37,366 bases of DNA from a virus (Duplodnaviria > Caudoviricetes). The notes below the pieces were generated by a model that was not told the DNA's origin, searched no databases, and saw nothing but the letters and a program-made list of their open reading frames with translations. The stretch spans positions 1-37,366 of the IMG/VR virus record IMGVR_UViG_3300044260_000018, one strand, 5' to 3'. Position 1 is the first letter of the stretch. Each line of letters opens with the position of its first letter. The translations under genes and the position numbers were made by a program. Positions 22,970 through 32,597 of this stretch are shown in pieces.

Positions 22970-23424
22970 TGGCATCGCCGAAAGCGCGACCGCCGGCGCT
23001 CAAGCTCATCGAAGGCCGCGGCAACGGCCGCGACTCGGGCGGCCGCAAGGTCGAACCGACACCATCCTTTCGCCGGCTCCCACCCGAGGCGCCGGCATGG
23101 CTGCCCGACGAGGCGGCCGCGGAGTGGGAACGCGTCGTCCCCGAACTCGCCCGCCTCGAGCTGCTCAAGCCCGTCGATCGCGCATCCCTCACCGCCTACT
23201 GCCTCACGTGGGATCGACTCGTCACGGCACAGAGGCTCGTGACCGAAGACGGCGTGCTCAGCTCGAACTCGCAAGGGGTCGTGCGTCACCCTGCCGTCGC
23301 CGTCGTCGAAGCCGCATCGAAGGAGCTGCGCGCATGGGCCGCCGAGTTTGGATTCACGCCGAGCGCTGAGAACAAGCTCAAGGTTCAGGAGTCCGACGAT
23401 GACCAGGAAGACCCCTTCGGTTGA
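22969..23424 (+). CDS. terS: Terminase small subunit (P27 family)
   Basis: PPEAPAWL..EWERVVPEL..DRASLTAYC..HPAV..EFGFTPS. Confidence 0.92.
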   Translation: MASPKARPPALKLIEGRGNGRDSGGRKVEPTPSFRRLPPEAPAWLPDEAAAEWERVVPELARLELLKPVDRASLTAYCLTWDRLVTAQRLVTEDGVLSSNSQGVVRHPAVAVVEAASKELRAWAAEFGFTPSAENKLKVQESDDDQEDPFG

Positions 23425-25099
23425 CCTAAAGTTGTCGCCCGAGGTGCAGTGGTACCTCGAGTCTCGCGGGATCCCGCTGCCCGATTGCCCGCCTCGTGTC
23501 AAGACTCCCGAGCCGTCGAAGGTTCGCGGCGCGGTGTTCGACCCCGATCGCGTCGACAAGGTCATCGCGGCGTTCAATGCGCTGCGACACGTGTCCGGGC
23601 AATGGGCAGGGAAGGCGCTCAAGCCTGACCCGTGGCAGGTCGCCTACATCATCGCGCCCGTCTTCGGGTGGGTCGTCTGGGAAGCCGACGCCGGGCAGTA
23701 CGTGCGAATCATTCGCAACCTGTACGTCGACGTACCCCGCAAGAACGGAAAGTCGACGCTGCTCGGCGGCCTGGCGATCTACATGCTCGCCGCCGACGGC
23801 GAGCCGGGCGCGCAGATCGTCACCGCGGCGACGACGCAGAAGCAAGCCGGGTTCGTGTTCGGCCCGATCAAGACGCTCGCGGACAAGTCGCCGGCGCTCA
23901 AGAAGCACGTACGCGCGGTCAGCAACAAGGTATTGCACCCGAAGTCGGGCTCATACATCGAAGTCATCTCGTCAGTCGCCGACGCTCAGCACGGCGCCAA
24001 CCTCCACTTTGTGTGCGTCGACGAGCTGCACGTGCACAAGACCCCCGACATGGTCGAGACGCTCGAAACGGGCACCGGATCCCGCCGGCAGCCGCTCGTC
24101 GGCATCATCACCACGGCCGACAGCGGCAAACAGGGCACGATCTACGCGCGCAAGCGCGAGTACATCGAGCAGCTCGCACGCGGCGCGATCAAAGACCCGT
24201 CGACCTACGGCGTCGTCTGGGCGGCCGAGAAGGACGCCGACCCGTTCGCCGAGCCCACGTGGAAGTCAGCCAACCCCGGCTATGGCATCTCGCCCACCCG
24301 CGCCTACATGAAGAGCGCAGCGGCGAAGGCGCAGCAGTCGCCGGCTGACCTCGCCTCGTTCATGCGGCTGCACCTCGGCTTGCGCACGAAGCAGGAAACG
24401 AAGTACCTCGACCTCGAGGTGTGGGACCGCAATGCTTCGCTCGTCTACGAGTCCGAACTCGCCGGCCGGCAAGCGTACGGCGGCCTCGACCTCGCGTCGA
24501 CGTCCGACCTCACCGCGCTCGCCTGGCTGTTCCCCGGCGAGCGCGGCTTCGATGCGATATGGCGGCTCTGGACGCCCGAGGCGAACCTCGAGGCGCTCGA
24601 CAAGCGCACCGCCGGCATGGCGACCGTGTGGGTGCGCGAAGGGCTCCTAACGCTGACTCCCGGGAACGTGGCCGACTACGACGTCATCAGGGCGCAGATC
24701 AACAGCGACCGTGAGAAATTCGACGTTCGCGGCGTCGCGTTCGACCCGTGGAACTCATCGCAGCTCGTCAACGACCTGCTCGGCGATGGCGCTCCGATGA
24801 TCAAGACCGCGCAGACGCTGCAGAAGCTATCCGCGCCGACGAAAGAACTACAGCGGATCCTGCTCGAGGGCACGGCCGAGGTGCCGCTATTCCGGCATGG
24901 CGGGAACGCCGCGGTGCGATGGCAGGCGGACAACTTCGCCGTGTGGATGGATGCGAACGGCAACGTGAAGCCCGACAAGGCGCACGCCGCCGACAAGATC
25001 GACGCCATCGCGGCCGCGGTCAACGCAATGTCGCTCGTCCTGGCACTCGAGCCGAAGAAGAAGTCGAAGTACGAAACCGCGGACATCGTCGGCGCGTAA
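23399..25099 (+). CDS. terL: Terminase large subunit
   Basis: PWQ, VPRKNGKS Walker A, VDELH Walker B, GLDLAST nuclease and KID motifs. Confidence 0.96.
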   Translation: MTRKTPSVDLKLSPEVQWYLESRGIPLPDCPPRVKTPEPSKVRGAVFDPDRVDKVIAAFNALRHVSGQWAGKALKPDPWQVAYIIAPVFGWVVWEADAGQYVRIIRNLYVDVPRKNGKSTLLGGLAIYMLAADGEPGAQIVTAATTQKQAGFVFGPIKTLADKSPALKKHVRAVSNKVLHPKSGSYIEVISSVADAQHGANLHFVCVDELHVHKTPDMVETLETGTGSRRQPLVGIITTADSGKQGTIYARKREYIEQLARGAIKDPSTYGVVWAAEKDADPFAEPTWKSANPGYGISPTRAYMKSAAAKAQQSPADLASFMRLHLGLRTKQETKYLDLEVWDRNASLVYESELAGRQAYGGLDLASTSDLTALAWLFPGERGFDAIWRLWTPEANLEALDKRTAGMATVWVREGLLTLTPGNVADYDVIRAQINSDREKFDVRGVAFDPWNSSQLVNDLLGDGAPMIKTAQTLQKLSAPTKELQRILLEGTAEVPLFRHGGNAAVRWQADNFAVWMDANGNVKPDKAHAADKIDAIAAAVNAMSLVLALEPKKKSKYETADIVGA

Positions 25100-25113
25100 C
25101 AGGAGGATCACCC

Positions 25114-25338
25114 GTGGGTCGAGACAAGCTCATCCGTCAGTCGCTCCGCGAGCGCTTCATCGTGACGCTCCGCGGCGGCGAAAGCTTCGACGGGCTGCTC
25201 ATCGAAGCCGACGACAAGACGCTCAAGCTCGTGAACGCATTCGCCGTCGAGAAACAGTCACGGATCAGCGTCGACGGCGAGCTGTACGTGCCCCGTTCGG
25301 ACGTCCTCTACCTGCAGAAGCCCGGGGGTGCCTCTTGA
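25114..25338 (+). CDS. Sm/LSm-like fold protein
   Basis: AGGAGG RBS; IVTLRGGESFDGLLIEADDKTLKLVNA (Sm1) and GELYVPRSDVLYLQ (Sm2). Confidence 0.7.
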   Translation: MGRDKLIRQSLRERFIVTLRGGESFDGLLIEADDKTLKLVNAFAVEKQSRISVDGELYVPRSDVLYLQKPGGAS

Positions 25339-27416
25339 TTCAGTCAAAGGGTGAGGTGACGTCGTTCGGCTTCGCGCCGCAGGCGCTAGGCGAGACAGTA
25401 CCGAACCTCGCGAATGGGTACTTCTACAGCCGCGACGGGCTCAACCTGGCGGGCATGATCGCCAGATACTCGCAGCTCTACAAGCGGCAGGCCGCGATTG
25501 CCACCGTCGTCGACAAGATCGCGAATGCGGCCGCGCGTCTGACGGTCAAGGTGTGGGACACGACGCCGGCTACCGGCCGTGTCGAAGACACAACCTCACC
25601 ATTCGCGCGTCTCATCGCGGATCCGTGCCCGATCATGGCGCCGATGCCGTTCTGGCGCTGGACGTTCTCGACCTACGAAATCTACGGCGAAACGTTCTGG
25701 TACAAGCTGCGAGCTGGCAAGGACGCATTCGGCAAGCCGAGCGGGCCCGTCATTGGTCTGCTGCCGATGCACCCCTCGCGCACCGCTGTGCACCGCAACG
25801 AAGACGGCGACGTCGAGTACGTGTTCACTCTCGGTGTCGCGTCGGCGGGAATCCTGGTGGCGCCTGCGACGGATGTTGTCGCGTTCCTCCGGTTCAACCC
25901 CGAGAACCTCATGCGCGGCCTTTCGCGGCTTGAGCCTTTGAATGCGACGCTGTTCAACGAGGATGCCGCCCGCCGGGCGAACGCGTCGTGGTGGCAGCGT
26001 GGCGCCCGCCCGTCGGTCGTTCTGAGCCATCCCGGCGAACTCTCGCAAGGGGCGATGGATCGGATCAAGGCGTCGTTCGACGCGCGGCACGCTGGCGCGG
26101 ATCTGATGGGCGGTACGAGTGTCCTCGAAGAGGGCATGACCGCGACCATCATCCAGCTCAATGCCGAAGAGATGCAGTACATCGAGTCGCGGAAACTGAA
26201 CCGCGAAGAGGTCTGCATGGTCTACGACGTGCCGCCGCCCGTCATCCACATCCTCGACCACGCGACGTTCTCGAACATCACCGAGCAGATGCGCTCGATG
26301 TACCGCGACACGATGTCGCCACGGCTCGAGGACGTCGAATCGGTCATCGACTGGTCGCTGCGATCCGAGTTCTTCAACGCCGGCGAGCGCGAGACTGAGT
26401 TCGACATGGCCTCGGTGCTGCGAGGCGACTTCGAGACGCGCGCCGACAAGTCGGTCACCCTGCGCAACGCTGGCATTCTCACCGGCAACGAGGGACGCGA
26501 GCTTTCGGGTTACGCCCGGCTCGATGATCCCGAGATGGACAAGGTGTACGCGAATGCGGCGATCGTCGAACTCGGCACGCCAGCGCAGCGCGTCTCGGTC
26601 ACCGAGGCGGCGAACCCGACGCCGGCGGTCGACGCCGAGGCGACGGATGCTGTCGCGGGCGCTCGAAGCGATGCCAGTGACGCGCAGCAGTCGGCCGGTT
26701 CTGATACGGCGAAGGCGGTCACGGTTCGTTCCGTGATGGGAAAAACGGGGCGGGTCAAAGACTCTAAGTCTGCGATCCGCGCAACCCTGATCGGCGAGCA
26801 CGAGAAGGCCCTTGGTTCGTTCTTCGATGAGCAGCGCGCCGCGGTCAAGAAGTCGGTGGCCGCGAAGGCTGCCGGCCACTTCGACCCGACGGAATGGGAT
26901 CCGGCGCTCGCGTCGATCCTGCACACGCTCTCGCAGGCGACAGCGAAGGCGATCGGTGCGAAGGTCGCGGCCGACCTAGGCGGCAAGTACTCGTCGCACG
27001 ACATAGAGGAATGGCTCGAGTCGAACGCGCAGGCGTCGGCGAAGAAGATCAACCAGGCCACGGCGGACGAAATCACGAAGGCGCTCGAGGATGCAGCGCC
27101 GGACGATTCCGACGACGACACGGTCGACGACATCTTCGACGGCGAGGTGTCCGCGCGGGCGAAGCAAATCTCGGCATCGCGCGTCGCACTCGTAGCCGGC
27201 CTCGCATCGCTCGTCGCTGCCCGCCAGTCGGGCGCGAAGACGAAGACGTGGGTATCGGGACCGAACCCGAGATCCGCACACGCAGAGATGGACGGCGAGA
27301 CGGTCGCGCTCGGCGAGCCATTCAGTAACGGCATGGACGGTCCCGGCGACTACTCCGGCGGCGCAGATGAGGTCGCCGGATGCAACTGCGACCTCGACTT
27401 TTCAACGGAAGGCTAG
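25335..27416 (+). CDS. HK97-type portal protein fused to a MuF-like head morphogenesis domain
   Basis: Portal motifs RGLS, GARP, VLEEG, VPP..FSNI and LRGD; C-terminal KTWVS..RSAH..MDGE..F..GCNC. Confidence 0.9.
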   Translation: MIQSKGEVTSFGFAPQALGETVPNLANGYFYSRDGLNLAGMIARYSQLYKRQAAIATVVDKIANAAARLTVKVWDTTPATGRVEDTTSPFARLIADPCPIMAPMPFWRWTFSTYEIYGETFWYKLRAGKDAFGKPSGPVIGLLPMHPSRTAVHRNEDGDVEYVFTLGVASAGILVAPATDVVAFLRFNPENLMRGLSRLEPLNATLFNEDAARRANASWWQRGARPSVVLSHPGELSQGAMDRIKASFDARHAGADLMGGTSVLEEGMTATIIQLNAEEMQYIESRKLNREEVCMVYDVPPPVIHILDHATFSNITEQMRSMYRDTMSPRLEDVESVIDWSLRSEFFNAGERETEFDMASVLRGDFETRADKSVTLRNAGILTGNEGRELSGYARLDDPEMDKVYANAAIVELGTPAQRVSVTEAANPTPAVDAEATDAVAGARSDASDAQQSAGSDTAKAVTVRSVMGKTGRVKDSKSAIRATLIGEHEKALGSFFDEQRAAVKKSVAAKAAGHFDPTEWDPALASILHTLSQATAKAIGAKVAADLGGKYSSHDIEEWLESNAQASAKKINQATADEITKALEDAAPDDSDDDTVDDIFDGEVSARAKQISASRVALVAGLASLVAARQSGAKTKTWVSGPNPRSAHAEMDGETVALGEPFSNGMDGPGDYSGGADEVAGCNCDLDFSTEG

Positions 27417-27419
27417 ACG

Positions 27420-28433
27420 ATGACCATCATCCGGAAAGATGCGACCATCTCGAACACGGGCGACGACAAGGACTTCCCCGGAACGTTCGAGGTGATCCTC
27501 TCGGCACCAACCAAGGATCGGGACGGCGACACACTGCTGCCCGAGGACTGGAAACAGCCGCTCCCCGAGCACATCACATTCGACATGGACCACGGCATGT
27601 CGGTCGCCTCGACGATCGGCTCGGGCGTACCCGAGCTGCTCGACGACGGCCGCCTCAAGGTCGCCGGCACGTACACCTCGCTCGACCGCGGGCAGGACAC
27701 GCGGACGCTCGTTAAAGAGGGCCACATCAAGACGACATCGGTCGCATTCATGACCGAGAAGTCGCAAGAGAAGGACGGCAGCACCAGCGTCAAGCGGGAG
27801 CTGCTCAATGGCGCGTTCGTCGCCATACCCTCGAACCGCGAGTCGGTCGTGCTCTCGTCCAAGGCGCTCGTCGAGAAGGCCGGCGCCCGCAACAGCGCAA
27901 CCGACGCCGAGCACATCCAGGCGATCCACGACCACGCGATCGCGCTCGGCGCGGATCCCGCCGGCGCCACCGCAGCCGCTGAGAAGTCAGCGCGGCGAGC
28001 GCAGACGAAGAGCGTCGCGGGGAGCCTCGAGGCGACGCAGGATCGCGCGCGGGACGCCCTACAGGATGCCTACCCGGGCGTGTGGGCGTGGCTGCAGGCG
28101 ACGATCCCCAACGGGGACGGCGGCACACTCGTGTTCCAGCTCGAGAACCCTGTCACGTACGACAACGACACGTGGCAGCAGCAGTACACAGACGACGGCT
28201 CAGTGATCACCCTCACGGGTGAGCGCTCGGCCGTGGACTTGGTGCAGATCATCAAGCCCGACCCGGATGAGGAAGATTCCGCCACGGACGGAGATGCCGC
28301 CACCGCCGCTGAGAAGTCAGCCGCCGCCGCATCAAAGGCCGCCGCCGAGGACGCCGAATCGAACGCACCGACAGACGACGAATTTCGCGTCCGCGCTTTC
28401 AAGCAGCGCCTCGACTCGATATACGTCGCCTGA
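27420..28433 (+). CDS. Prohead protease with C-terminal extension
   Basis: DRDGD, DH, TSVAF and AFVAIPSN motifs. Confidence 0.85.
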   Translation: MTIIRKDATISNTGDDKDFPGTFEVILSAPTKDRDGDTLLPEDWKQPLPEHITFDMDHGMSVASTIGSGVPELLDDGRLKVAGTYTSLDRGQDTRTLVKEGHIKTTSVAFMTEKSQEKDGSTSVKRELLNGAFVAIPSNRESVVLSSKALVEKAGARNSATDAEHIQAIHDHAIALGADPAGATAAAEKSARRAQTKSVAGSLEATQDRARDALQDAYPGVWAWLQATIPNGDGGTLVFQLENPVTYDNDTWQQQYTDDGSVITLTGERSAVDLVQIIKPDPDEEDSATDGDAATAAEKSAAAASKAAAEDAESNAPTDDEFRVRAFKQRLDSIYVA

Positions 28434-28454
28434 CCTCACCCGCACACCGACCCG

Positions 28455-28480
28455 ACCGCCCTACGAGGGGCGGTTTTTTT
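28455..28480 (+). terminator. Intrinsic terminator upstream of the capsid gene
   Basis: ACCGCCC-TACGAG-GGGCGGT followed by a T tract. Confidence 0.8.
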
Positions 28481-28505
28481 GTGCCCAATCGAAGGGAAAC
28501 ACACT

Positions 28506-29774
28506 ATGTCCGTCATCGAAGCCAAGCGGCAGATGCGCGACCTCGGCACGAAGGCGCAGGCCGTCGTCGACGACTCGACGCTCTCGGCTGCCGAGAAGAT
28601 GAAGAAGCTCGACGACTACGAGGTCGACCTCAAGAAGTTCTCCGACGAGGTCGCCGTGTACGAGCAGGCGCAGCGCATCAGCGCCGCCGGGGAGTCGGAG
28701 CCGTCGCAGCGCGACGTCGACCCGTCGACCATCAACGCGAAGACCGCGACGAAGACGATCGGCCGCCGGATCATCGAGTCCGACGCCTACATCAAGGCGC
28801 TCAGCGCCGCGAAGTCGAAGTCGGAGTTCAAGACGTTCGCGGAAATCGCGACGAAGGCGAACACCGTCGACGAGGGCATCACGATCGTCAACGGTCAGCC
28901 CAGCGGTGCCGCCGGCCCGCTCGTGCTGCCGGACTACCAGCCCGGCATCGTCGGCATCAACTACGCGCCGCTCTCGGTCGCGCAGCTGTTCGCCCAGGGC
29001 TCGACCGGAAGCTCGATCGTCTCCTACGTCAAGGAAGCGACCGAGACGCAGGGTGCCGCGGCCCGCGCGGAGAAGACGACCGCCGGGCAGTCGGACGCCA
29101 CATTCGTCCGCGTGAACGAGCAGGTCGGACAGATCACCGGTCTGTTCAAGATCACCGACGAGATGCTGCAGGACGCCGAGCAGGCCGAATCGTTCATCTC
29201 CGCCCGCCTCATCGCCCAGGTGCAGCGCGAGGAAGAGAACGAGTCGCTGAACGGCACCGGTTACCCGGCGCTCGCCGGCGTGCTCGGTCGAGCCGGCGTG
29301 CAGGCAGCGATCAGCGCCGGCACCACCGGCACGCTCGCGAACCCGATGAAGCTCGCCGAGGCGATCCACAACCAGCGCACCAAGATCCGCACGACGGCGT
29401 TCGTCGAGCCCGACGCGGTTGTCATGAACCCGACCGACTGGGAGTACATCCAGCTCGCGAAGGACCTCAACGGGCAGTACTTCCAGGGCGGCCCGTTCTC
29501 CGGTGGCTACGGCAACGGCGGCTACACCAACATCGAGTCGCTGTGGGGTCTGCGCGTCGTCCTCTCGCCGCGCATCGCCTCGGGCACCGCGCTCGTCGGT
29601 GGATTCCAGGAGTGCGCCCAGCTGTTCCGCCGGCAGGGCATCACCGTCGAGATGACGAACTCGAACGAGGACGACTTCAAGACCGGCCTCGTCGCCGTCC
29701 GCGCGACCTCGCGCTCGGCGCTCGCGGTCTACCGTCCCGGCGGCTTCGGCACCGTCACCATCACCTGGGCGTAA
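28506..29774 (+). CDS. Major capsid protein, HK97 fold with delta domain
   Basis: N-terminal coiled coil; ITDEMLQD, LNGTG, VMNPTDW, KDLNGQY and LWGLRVV motifs. Confidence 0.95.
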   Translation: MSVIEAKRQMRDLGTKAQAVVDDSTLSAAEKMKKLDDYEVDLKKFSDEVAVYEQAQRISAAGESEPSQRDVDPSTINAKTATKTIGRRIIESDAYIKALSAAKSKSEFKTFAEIATKANTVDEGITIVNGQPSGAAGPLVLPDYQPGIVGINYAPLSVAQLFAQGSTGSSIVSYVKEATETQGAAARAEKTTAGQSDATFVRVNEQVGQITGLFKITDEMLQDAEQAESFISARLIAQVQREEENESLNGTGYPALAGVLGRAGVQAAISAGTTGTLANPMKLAEAIHNQRTKIRTTAFVEPDAVVMNPTDWEYIQLAKDLNGQYFQGGPFSGGYGNGGYTNIESLWGLRVVLSPRIASGTALVGGFQECAQLFRRQGITVEMTNSNEDDFKTGLVAVRATSRSALAVYRPGGFGTVTITWA

Positions 29775-29782
29775 GCCCAAAC

Positions 29783-29826
29783 CCGCAAGGCCGGCGCACA
29801 CCCGCGCCGGCCTTGCGGCCGTTTCA
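29783..29826 (+). terminator. Hairpin after the capsid gene (attenuator or mRNA stabiliser)
   Basis: Perfect 15-bp stem CCGCAAGGCCGGCGC/GCGCCGGCCTTGCGG; weak U tract. Confidence 0.7.
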
Positions 29827-29852
29827 CCACCGACTTTGAGAGGACCCCCGCA

Positions 29853-30026
29853 ATGGCTGAAATCACGTACTGCGACGACTACGAGGCGATCACAGGCAAG
29901 AAGATCCCGACCGCCGAGACGAAGGTCATCGAAGCCCCCGAGCAGCCGGCCGTCCCGCCCGTCGTCGACGTCGCCCCCGCGACCGTCGCCGAGGTGCCCG
30001 CCGTCCCGCCCGTGCAGGTCGCGTAA
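29853..30026 (+). CDS. 57-aa Pro/Val/Ala-rich protein
   Basis: GAGAGG RBS; MAEITYCDDYEAITGKK...; usual slot after the capsid gene. Confidence 0.7.
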   Translation: MAEITYCDDYEAITGKKIPTAETKVIEAPEQPAVPPVVDVAPATVAEVPAVPPVQVA

Positions 30027-30029
30027 CCG

Positions 30030-30602
30030 ATGACCACAACGGCACTCGCCGCGGTTGAGCAACTCGCGGCGTTCATGCAGCTGCCGCTCGCCGACGACGA
30101 TGCCACCGCGATACTGCTGCTGAACATCGCGTCGGGCATGGTTCGCCGCAAGCTCAAGCAGCAGCTCGACTACGTCGGAGACGACGCAGTGACGCTCGAC
30201 CCGATCAACGGCACGTACGTGCAGTTGCGCGAGTTCCCGATCGTCGCCGTCTCTCTCGTCGAGATGCTGGACGCGGCCACTCAGCAATGGGTGGCCGCGG
30301 ACCCGTCGACGTACACCGTGTCCCGGGCAACCGGGATGATCGGCGCCCTTCCCGGCACCGGCGTCTACTGGCCGACGACGCCCGAGTCGTGGCGGGTCAC
30401 CTACACGCACGGGTTCGAAGAACTCCCCGACGACCTGCTCGGCGTCGTCCTCGGCGTCGCCGCGCGCGCGTACTCGAGCCCCGCCGGCATCGAGAGCGAA
30501 CGCGTCGGCGCGTACCAGGTCAAGTACGCCGTCGAGTCGTCCGGGTTCTCGGGCATCGAAGACGGCGTGCTGATCGATTACCGCCGGCCGGGCATCTCGT
30601 GA
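30030..30602 (+). CDS. Head-to-tail adaptor
   Basis: ASGMVR, VTYTHGF..LPDDL..V and SERVG motifs. Confidence 0.85.
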   Translation: MTTTALAAVEQLAAFMQLPLADDDATAILLLNIASGMVRRKLKQQLDYVGDDAVTLDPINGTYVQLREFPIVAVSLVEMLDAATQQWVAADPSTYTVSRATGMIGALPGTGVYWPTTPESWRVTYTHGFEELPDDLLGVVLGVAARAYSSPAGIESERVGAYQVKYAVESSGFSGIEDGVLIDYRRPGIS

Positions 30603-30937
30603 GCGTCGGCCAGTACCTCACGCAGCCCGTGCTCGTGCAACCGATGGCGCCGGCCGCGCCGGACATCTACAACAACACGCCGCTTGCCGCGCACGGCGAC
30701 CCGGTGCGCGAGTTCGGGTACCTCGATCAGAAGGACACGGTCGCCTACCTCGACGACCGGCAAATGGTCGTGTCGACATTCAAGGCGCTGCTGCGGGCCG
30801 ACTCCGTCGTGACCGCGCTCGCGACCCTCTCGTTCGACGGTCGGAAGTTCCTCGTCGACGGCGAACCGTACCGCGCCTACAACCCACGCACCCGCGTGGT
30901 GTCGCACATCGAGTGCGCGCTCAAGGTCGTGTCGTGA
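30599..30937 (+). CDS. Head-to-tail stopper
   Basis: Synteny; FLVDGEP..SHIECAL. Confidence 0.8.
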   Translation: MSVGQYLTQPVLVQPMAPAAPDIYNNTPLAAHGDPVREFGYLDQKDTVAYLDDRQMVVSTFKALLRADSVVTALATLSFDGRKFLVDGEPYRAYNPRTRVVSHIECALKVVS

Positions 30938-31251
30938 TGGCCGCCCTGGTGGAACTCGACCCCGACCTCGACGAGAAGGTCGCGAAACTCAAGGCGCCGA
31001 GAGCTAAGGCGCTCGCGATCGCCGAGTCGATCGCCGAGCGCGCTCGCGAGACGGCACCGAAGGGCACGACCGGCGACTACGAGGCCGGGATCGTCGTGCA
31101 GGAAACGAAGTTCGGGGCCCGCGTCGTCGCGACCGACCCGAAGTCGGCCATCGAAGAGTTCGGGGCGCCTCGAGCGAATCAGCCGGGCAGGTTCATCCTC
31201 CGCAACGCGGCCGCGTCTCTCGGCCTCAAGTTCAAGAAGCGGGGCAGCTGA
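30937..31251 (+). CDS. HK97 gp10-like neck protein
   Basis: AP..TGDY..I and EEFG..FILRNA motifs. Confidence 0.8.
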   Translation: MAALVELDPDLDEKVAKLKAPRAKALAIAESIAERARETAPKGTTGDYEAGIVVQETKFGARVVATDPKSAIEEFGAPRANQPGRFILRNAAASLGLKFKKRGS

Positions 31252-31688
31252 TGCCGAACCCGATCAACGTCCTACCCGACGACGAGGCCGCGCTCATCCG
31301 CTACCTCGGCACCGTTCCCGAGGTCGTCGCGCTCACGCCGGCGACGAGCATCTCGAGCGAGCTGCCAGCGGATCCCGCCTACCCGGTCGTGCTCGTGCAC
31401 CGCATCGGCGGCACGGCGACCGGGTATTGGAACGCGATCGACGAACCCGTCGTGCAGATCGACGTCGAAGGCGAGCCCGGCACTAAGGCGGCCGTCAAGA
31501 AGCTCGCGCAGACGGTCGGCGCGGCCGTCCTCGCGATCGCGAACGAAATCGTCGACCTCGGCGAACTCGGCCGCGTCGTTCTCTGCTCGGCCGATGAAGA
31601 GGTCGGCCTGCAATGGCTGCCCGACCCTGACCCGGTCGCACCCTACCCGCGTTACATCGCCCGATACCGCCTGATCACTCACAACTAG
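31251..31688 (+). CDS. Tail terminator
   Basis: Synteny; VHRIGG..VQIDV..WLPD. Confidence 0.8.
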   Translation: MPNPINVLPDDEAALIRYLGTVPEVVALTPATSISSELPADPAYPVVLVHRIGGTATGYWNAIDEPVVQIDVEGEPGTKAAVKKLAQTVGAAVLAIANEIVDLGELGRVVLCSADEEVGLQWLPDPDPVAPYPRYIARYRLITHN

Positions 31689-31716
31689 CACCACCTCACC
31701 TTGGAAGGAAACACCG

Positions 31717-32289
31717 ATGACCGGCACACCCGCAACAGGTCTGCAGACCGGCCAGATCCGCGTCGCAGGAACCGGCGCAATCTGGAAGGCCCCAATCGGC
31801 TCGACGCTGCCGACGGACTCGACGACCGCGCTCGACCCCGCATTCCACAACCTCGGATACACCAAATCGGGGTTCGTGTTCACCCCGTCCCGCAAGACGC
31901 AGCCCGTCACCGGATGGCAGTCGCTCAACACGCTTCGCCTGCTCGTGACCGAGAAGACGAACAAGCTCGGCTTCGAGCTGCTGCAGTCGAACGCTGACAC
32001 CCTCGCGCTCGCGTGGGACGGCACGGTCGTGCCCGGCACCGGAACCGCGTTCACGATCAACGTGCCCGACGGGGTCGTCGCCGACGAATACGCCTACGTC
32101 GTCGACATGATCGACGGCACCGTCTCCTACCGGTTCGTGCTGCAGCGTGGCGCACTGCTCACGCCGCCCACGATCAAGGGTGACCGCACCGCGGAAACCT
32201 CGTACGCGTTCGAAATCCAGCCGCTCATCCCGGCCGACGGATCCAACTCGATCAAGATCTACGGCGCAGACGTGGCGGTGACCGGCTAA
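31717..32289 (+). CDS. Major tail protein
   Basis: APIGSTLP..LGY..GWQ..FELLQ pattern. Confidence 0.9.
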   Translation: MTGTPATGLQTGQIRVAGTGAIWKAPIGSTLPTDSTTALDPAFHNLGYTKSGFVFTPSRKTQPVTGWQSLNTLRLLVTEKTNKLGFELLQSNADTLALAWDGTVVPGTGTAFTINVPDGVVADEYAYVVDMIDGTVSYRFVLQRGALLTPPTIKGDRTAETSYAFEIQPLIPADGSNSIKIYGADVAVTG

Positions 32290-32597
32290 TGGCGATCCTC
32301 GACAAAGCACCCGCCGGCGCACGCGTCCTCGACCTCGAGGCGTACCGCGCCGCGCGGGCCGAATCCCTCGCCGACGTCGCACCGCCCGTCATCAAGATCG
32401 CGGCGGGGTTCGTCGAACTCCGCCCCGACCTCGACGTGCTCGCCGCCGACGACTTCACCACGGGCAAGATCCGGGCGGGTCTGGCGAAGATCCTCCTCGA
32501 CCCGGCCGACGTCGACGCGATCGTCGACGGCGGGCTCACCAAGCCCGACCTCGACGCGATCGTCGGATTCGTCACCGGTCACAGCCTGGGGGAATAG
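32289..32597 (+). CDS. Tail assembly chaperone (short form)
   Basis: Between major tail and tape measure genes; ends at slippery GGGGGAA. Confidence 0.85.
   Translation: MAILDKAPAGARVLDLEAYRAARAESLADVAPPVIKIAAGFVELRPDLDVLAADDFTTGKIRAGLAKILLDPADVDAIVDGGLTKPDLDAIVGFVTGHSLGE

Noticed and set aside
28461-30410. 649-aa minus-strand ORF
   Set aside because: Antisense shadow of the capsid and neck genes caused by high-GC codon bias
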